DNA of 64,000 nt, from contig JAHEAD010000001.1 of NCBI GenBank assembly GCA_019721075.1, positions 62,001-126,000 of the forward strand. The letters are read 5' to 3'. The translations under genes and the position numbers were made by a program. This document shows, one piece after another, positions 59,382-64,000 of this stretch. Position 1 is the first letter of the stretch, and each line of letters starts with the position of its first letter. Under the pieces are notes generated by a model. It did no database searches and was not told where the DNA came from. It worked only from the letters and a program-made list of their open reading frames with translations. The stretch comes from Candidatus Sysuiplasma jiujiangense. Lineage in GTDB: Archaea; Thermoplasmatota; Thermoplasmata; Sysuiplasmatales; Sysuiplasmataceae.

Positions 59382-59528
59382 ATAAATGAATTGAATTTGG
59401 CTTATTTATGATTTATTAAAATAGGCAATCCTGCGATGCTACCGTAAAATGCGATGATGCGAATGCCAAAAGTGATTCAACCGCCTTTTCATGCTGATGC
59501 TCCTGTCCCGGTACCAAAATAAATCTAC

Positions 59529-59990
59529 TTGACGCACCTGAACCATTGCATTATGGACATGAACGCAGATTTCAGCGGCAATCTCGCTTTTATCGGGGTA
59601 TCTGAGGAAAATATTCGTATGGCCATTTTGTTTTACAGTGCATTCATCAACGAAACGTTTGAAGGAGAAAAAAATATGCCCGGAAGCATATATTTTTCCG
59701 GGGTTTACTGCATCCGCCAGAACTTCAACAACGTTGATGGAATGATTGCGGCTGCACCTGATAACGGGTATGGTGTAGAAGCACTCCTGGAGGCTGCGGA
59801 GCGACATGAAATACGGCTTGGGTTGAACGGAATGGACGGCTCCATAGCATACACCAGTGCCTGCAGCAGGAATAATCAAAAAACTGAAGAAATGGCAGCA
59901 ATTGTGAATTACCAGCACAGCTGCGTTACCTGCGCAAAAGTGCCTGATATCCCGTTAAACTGGGCTGTTCATTCGACCCAAAAGTGGTGA
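59529..59990 (+). CDS. Hypothetical protein
   Basis: ORF ending 1 nt before the HAD gene; no recognised motif; start uncertain. Confidence 0.45.
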   Translation: MTHLNHCIMDMNADFSGNLAFIGVSEENIRMAILFYSAFINETFEGEKNMPGSIYFSGVYCIRQNFNNVDGMIAAAPDNGYGVEALLEAAERHEIRLGLNGMDGSIAYTSACSRNNQKTEEMAAIVNYQHSCVTCAKVPDIPLNWAVHSTQKW

Positions 59991-59991
59991 T

Positions 59992-61113
59992 ATGGTGATG
60001 CCTGCGGAGAGACCTGAAAAGATGCTGAATTCAATGATACTTCAGGATGAAACTGACGGCAGGCAGGAGCATTGCCGTCGCCTGCCTGACACACCTGATT
60101 TCAGACTGCCGGAAGATGTGGCGATAGCGTTTGACTGCGATGGTGTCCTTGTTGACACAAGGAACTCTTACGATATAGCCGCAGTCAAAACAATCAATGA
60201 ACTTCTTTCGCACCGATACGGCAACCTCTACGGCATTGGAAACATTGTCGAAAGACTCCTTTTCAGACTGCGTCTCACAGGGGAATACAATAACGACTGG
60301 GACAGTACCTACGCAATCACTGTGATCGCCTCAATAGCATTGTCGGAAACCGAGCGAAAGGAGCGGGTTCCTGAGGACACGAAGGTGCTGGAAAGAATAG
60401 GTAATCTAACTGAAATCTTCATCTCATCAGGATACTCAATATTCGATGACGGGATTCGCAGGTTCATACATACCTTCGGAGACGAAGAACTGCGCAGCAG
60501 CGTACTGAAATTCGAGAATTCGCTTGAATACGCATCAAAATACAGGAACAGCAGACTTGCCAGAACGTTTGACGCCTACTATTACGGCGATCGCATGTAC
60601 ACAGAAATATATGGAAAGGCTCCGGAAATGAGCAGGGGAGAGGGACTGATAAATAACGAGCTGAACGTTCTCGACGGCCACAATGCCGCAAAACTCAGGA
60701 CCATTTCAAAAAACAGAATGGCGATGGTCACCGGACGGCCTTTTCAGTCTGTAGCCAGAGTACTCGGCAATTCGATGAACTACTTCAACATGGACGCATC
60801 CATTTTCCTGGGTGACTTTGACATCGATGACAAAAGACTGCTCAAATACAGAAAGCCAAATCCTGATGCGCTGTTACGATGCATGAAGTATTTCGGTGTC
60901 GATACGCTGCTGTACTGCGGCAACGGTATCGAGGACATACAGATGGCGAAGAAGGCGAAAATACTGGATTCAGGTGTCATGTTCGCAGGCATCTGCGGTT
61001 ACAGTTCATATCCGGTGGAACTTGCCGGATATTTCAGGAATCAGGATGCCGAGATAATTGCTTCCGATCTCACTGAGCTCACTTCCGTGCTGCAGTCTTT
61101 CACAGAAAGCTGA
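59992..61113 (+). CDS. HAD-superfamily hydrolase
   Basis: FDCDGVLVD, NNDWD, VTGRP, KPNP, GNGIED. Confidence 0.85.
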   Translation: MVMPAERPEKMLNSMILQDETDGRQEHCRRLPDTPDFRLPEDVAIAFDCDGVLVDTRNSYDIAAVKTINELLSHRYGNLYGIGNIVERLLFRLRLTGEYNNDWDSTYAITVIASIALSETERKERVPEDTKVLERIGNLTEIFISSGYSIFDDGIRRFIHTFGDEELRSSVLKFENSLEYASKYRNSRLARTFDAYYYGDRMYTEIYGKAPEMSRGEGLINNELNVLDGHNAAKLRTISKNRMAMVTGRPFQSVARVLGNSMNYFNMDASIFLGDFDIDDKRLLKYRKPNPDALLRCMKYFGVDTLLYCGNGIEDIQMAKKAKILDSGVMFAGICGYSSYPVELAGYFRNQDAEIIASDLTELTSVLQSFTES

Positions 61114-61896
61114 TCATGAGCGTACCGTTCCTTTTTTCAGAGATGCGACGAAATCCGATATATCTGACGCTTTCTCTCCCTTACCGATCCTTGAAACTAT
61201 CGCGCTCCCGACAACCACACCGTCTGCACCGGCGGACGCTATCGTTTTCACCTGATCCGGCGAGGATATGCCGAAACCTATGGCGATCGGCTTGTCTGAG
61301 ATCTTTCTGTATTTAGAAATCATCGGAATTACCTGACCGGACAGCGAAGACTGCTCTCCGGTGACACCGTACCTGCTTATAACATAGAGAAATCCGGATG
61401 TATATCGGGCTATTTTCGCTGCTCTCACGTTGCCCGTAGCCGGGGATGCAAGCAGTATACTGTCTATTCCGCCTGAATGGCATTCCCGCCTGAGCGCGGT
61501 GCCTTCTTCGTAAGGCAGATCCGGAACGATAACACCGCTTACGCCTGCGGCCAGCATCTGGGACACGAACATCTTTTCGCCCATCCGGTGAATCGTGTTG
61601 TAATAGCACATGACAGCGACAGGTGCCCGCTTTGAAATTTCGGAACATGCCTCGAAGACAGTTCCCACCCTTGTGTGGCTGCCTAGCGCCCTGACTGACG
61701 CGGCCTGTATCGTTGGACCGTCCGCTATGGGATCCGAAAATGGTATTCCCACTTCCACTATATCAGACACGGACGCAACTGCCCTGGCATATTCAATGAA
61801 TGAAACGGGATCAGGGTCGCCCCCCATCACATATGAGATGAGTACCGACCTGTTTTCATCGCCCGCCCTGGAGAATGTCTCTGAAATAAGTGTCAT
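61114..61896 (-). CDS. trpA: Tryptophan synthase alpha chain
   Basis: [38 protein letters not shown]. Confidence 0.97.
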   Translation of the reverse strand: MTLISETFSRAGDENRSVLISYVMGGDPDPVSFIEYARAVASVSDIVEVGIPFSDPIADGPTIQAASVRALGSHTRVGTVFEACSEISKRAPVAVMCYYNTIHRMGEKMFVSQMLAAGVSGVIVPDLPYEEGTALRRECHSGGIDSILLASPATGNVRAAKIARYTSGFLYVISRYGVTGEQSSLSGQVIPMISKYRKISDKPIAIGFGISSPDQVKTIASAGADGVVVGSAIVSRIGKGEKASDISDFVASLKKGTVRS

Positions 61897-63071
61897 GGCA
61901 CCACTCCCAGACGGGCGGCCGCGGTCTCGACATCCTTGTCACCCCTGCCGCTCAGATTGATTACAATGACTGCATCCTTCGGCATGCGTCTTGCTTCTTC
62001 GACGCCCGCGTAAACAGCATGGGCGGATTCGAGCGCAGGTATTATTCCTTCGAGCTTCGAAAGGAGGCTGAAGCCTTCGAGCGCCTGGGCATCTGTGACG
62101 GCAACATACCTTGCCCTGCCGGTCTGCTGAAGAAATGCATGTTCCGGTCCTACAGAAGGATAATCAAGTCCGGCGCTTATGCTTGAAGTTTCCATGATCT
62201 GCCCGTCCTCATCCTGAAGGATTCTGCTTCTCGAACCGTGAAGGACTCCCGTGCTGCCGGCTATCAGGGGGGCGGAGTGCTTTCCTGTCCCGATGCCTTC
62301 TCCGCCCGCCTGGGCGCCAAGCAGGGAAACACTGTTATCCTTCAGGAACGGGTAGAACGCACCGATAGCGTTGCTGCCACCGCCGACGCATGCGACAATC
62401 ATGTCGGGAAGACGGCCTTCGGCAGAAAGCGACTGTTTCCTAATCTCTTTGCCTATTACGCTCTGAAAATCTCTTACTATCGTCGGATACGGATGAGGGC
62501 CGACAGCGCTTCCAAGCAGATAGTGCGTATCCTCGATGTTTGTTACCCAGTCGCGAAGGGCTTCGTTTATTGCATCTTTGAGTGTCATCGAACCGGATTC
62601 GACGGTATGCACCCTGGCACCGAGTATGTTCATGCGTATGAGATTCAGTCTCTGTCTTTCGGTGTCTTTTCTGCCCATGTATATTTCGGTTCTGATGCCG
62701 AGAGCGGCACCGGCTATGGCAGCGGCAACGCCATGCTGCCCCGCCCCGGTTTCAGCAATTATTCTGGTCTTTCCCATCGCCTGGGTAAGCAGTGCCTGTC
62801 CCATGACATTATTGAATTTATGGGCTCCCCCATGCAGCAGATCTTCCCTCTTGAGATATATCTTCGCGCCTCCGGCATAATCGGTCATCCTTTCCGCAAA
62901 ATAGAGTGGTGTAGGTCTTCCGCCGAAATTGGCATAATAGTAGCTGAGTTTCGAGCGAAATTCGCTGTCATGCCTGAATTTGCGGTATGCTTTTTCCAGT
63001 TCATCGAGCGCAGTTACAAGCGTTTCAGGCACGTACCTTCCACCGAACTCACCAAACCAACCTTTAGGCAT
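61893..63071 (-). CDS. trpB: Tryptophan synthase beta chain (TrpB1)
   Basis: [57 protein letters not shown]. Confidence 0.97.
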   Translation of the reverse strand: MPKGWFGEFGGRYVPETLVTALDELEKAYRKFRHDSEFRSKLSYYYANFGGRPTPLYFAERMTDYAGGAKIYLKREDLLHGGAHKFNNVMGQALLTQAMGKTRIIAETGAGQHGVAAAIAGAALGIRTEIYMGRKDTERQRLNLIRMNILGARVHTVESGSMTLKDAINEALRDWVTNIEDTHYLLGSAVGPHPYPTIVRDFQSVIGKEIRKQSLSAEGRLPDMIVACVGGGSNAIGAFYPFLKDNSVSLLGAQAGGEGIGTGKHSAPLIAGSTGVLHGSRSRILQDEDGQIMETSSISAGLDYPSVGPEHAFLQQTGRARYVAVTDAQALEGFSLLSKLEGIIPALESAHAVYAGVEEARRMPKDAVIVINLSGRGDKDVETAAARLGVVP

Positions 63072-63693
63072 TGTAATTCTCCCTTGCCCTTGCAATAAAC
63101 CGTCTGACCAGATCTCTAGATTTTGCACCCCGGCTTTCCACGCCGGACGAAACATCTACTGCAGCGGGTTTCACCATAGATACTGCATTAGCGACGTTTT
63201 TCTCATTCAGTCCGCCGGAAAGCATGAGCCTGGCAGGATGTATTCTTTCCCTTATCGCAGAAGTGACGTTCCAGTCATGAACTCTGCCCGTTCCGCCGCT
63301 TGTCCCGCCGGAAAAGGTATCCGCAATAACCATGTCCGATGCGGAAGCTATAACCGCTGCTTCATCAATCCGGTTGCTGTCCGGAGCAATTAGGCATATC
63401 AGGCCGGACGAAATCGTGTTCCTCAGATGAATTATTTCCTCACCGGACAGAAGCGTGTGCACCTGGATGTAATCCGGATGAAGGAGCCGGTCAATACGTT
63501 CCAGCAACTTCGCCTCAGGTGAACGGACAACCGCGACTGTCTTTGCAAAGTCTGATGCAAGTTTGAAGAGAGGCTTCGCTTCTTCAACGGTGACTGACCT
63601 GTGGGAATCGCTTACCTCGATTATGAAGCCGATGTAATCGGCAGTTCTGCATGCGCCGACATCGGCGCTTGATCGGTTTCCGCAAATCTTCAC
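63064..63693 (-). CDS. trpF: Phosphoribosylanthranilate isomerase
   Basis: [32 protein letters not shown]. Confidence 0.93.
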   Translation of the reverse strand: MKICGNRSSADVGACRTADYIGFIIEVSDSHRSVTVEEAKPLFKLASDFAKTVAVVRSPEAKLLERIDRLLHPDYIQVHTLLSGEEIIHLRNTISSGLICLIAPDSNRIDEAAVIASASDMVIADTFSGGTSGGTGRVHDWNVTSAIRERIHPARLMLSGGLNEKNVANAVSMVKPAAVDVSSGVESRGAKSRDLVRRFIARARENYNA

Positions 63694-64000
63694 CTCCGTC
63701 GTTGCAGTAACACCTCCCTGATGCTTTTGAGCAACCCTGTGTCTCCGCCCATGACGGAAGTTCCGACAAGCACGGCGTCTGCGCCCGCAGCAAGAATGGA
63801 TTTCACCCTTTCCGCACTTCTTATTCCGCTCATGCCGATGACTGGCCTGTCCTTGCTGCATGACGAGAGTATTCTCTCACTCCTGCCTTCCTCAAGCTGA
63901 AGGGTACGCAGGTTCCTGTTATTGATTCCTATAATTTCAGCATCCGTTTCCTTGGCCTTCTCGAACTGTTCTGTAGAATTTACCTCGATGACCACTTCCA
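63690..64000 (-). CDS. trpC: Indole-3-glycerol phosphate synthase, C-terminal part (truncated by window edge)
   Basis: IIGINNRNLRTL, SGI, AVLVGTSVM. Confidence 0.92.
   Translation of the reverse strand, partial: EVVIEVNSTEQFEKAKETDAEIIGINNRNLRTLQLEEGRSERILSSCSKDRPVIGMSGIRSAERVKSILAAGADAVLVGTSVMGGDTGLLKSIREVLLQRRR

Noticed and set aside
62238..63098. 286-aa plus-strand ORF and other long antisense ORFs (e.g. 3449-4000, 47230-47823)
   Set aside because: Shadow frames of well-supported genes on the opposite strand; no motifs
1..64000. CRISPR arrays, rRNA genes, IS elements, proviral genes
   Set aside because: No regularly spaced repeats and no rRNA, transposase, integrase or capsid-like sequence recognised by eye

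Overview
A 64-kb archaeal chromosomal segment, most likely from Thermoplasmatota (inferred from rpoK-rps2-MEMO1 synteny, Dph5, Trm5, RqcH, a tricorn-interacting F1-like peptidase, thermopsin-type surface repeats and intron-containing tRNAs). It mixes housekeeping and metabolic genes (trpCFBA, dcd, gcvH, acyl-CoA dehydrogenase, enoyl-CoA hydratase, P5C dehydrogenase, peptidases) with a cell-envelope and signalling complement. No CRISPR array, rRNA, transposase or integrase was seen. Main points: (1) a Rab-like small GTPase directly upstream of a ~1340-aa single-pass Ig/cadherin-like surface protein with a longin/roadblock-like cytoplasmic tail, a candidate receptor-GTPase signalling module; (2) three DUF835 (inactive KaiC-like) proteins, one a membrane receptor and one fused to a bactofilin-like beta-helix; (3) an unannotated three-hairpin box H/ACA guide RNA with pockets matching 23S helix 69 and the A-loop; (4) a two-intron tRNA-Thr and an intron-containing tRNA-Val; (5) several genes that appear to start at CTG; (6) an S9 peptidase interrupted by an in-frame TGA and a -1 shift on a slippery heptamer; (7) an HTH-ferritin fusion divergent from a ZIP transporter with a palindromic operator candidate; (8) a lysine-less GcvH-TusA fusion beside a rhodanese; (9) a 53-aa four-cysteine microprotein below the ORF-track cutoff. 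All family calls come from motif recognition by eye; no searches were run.
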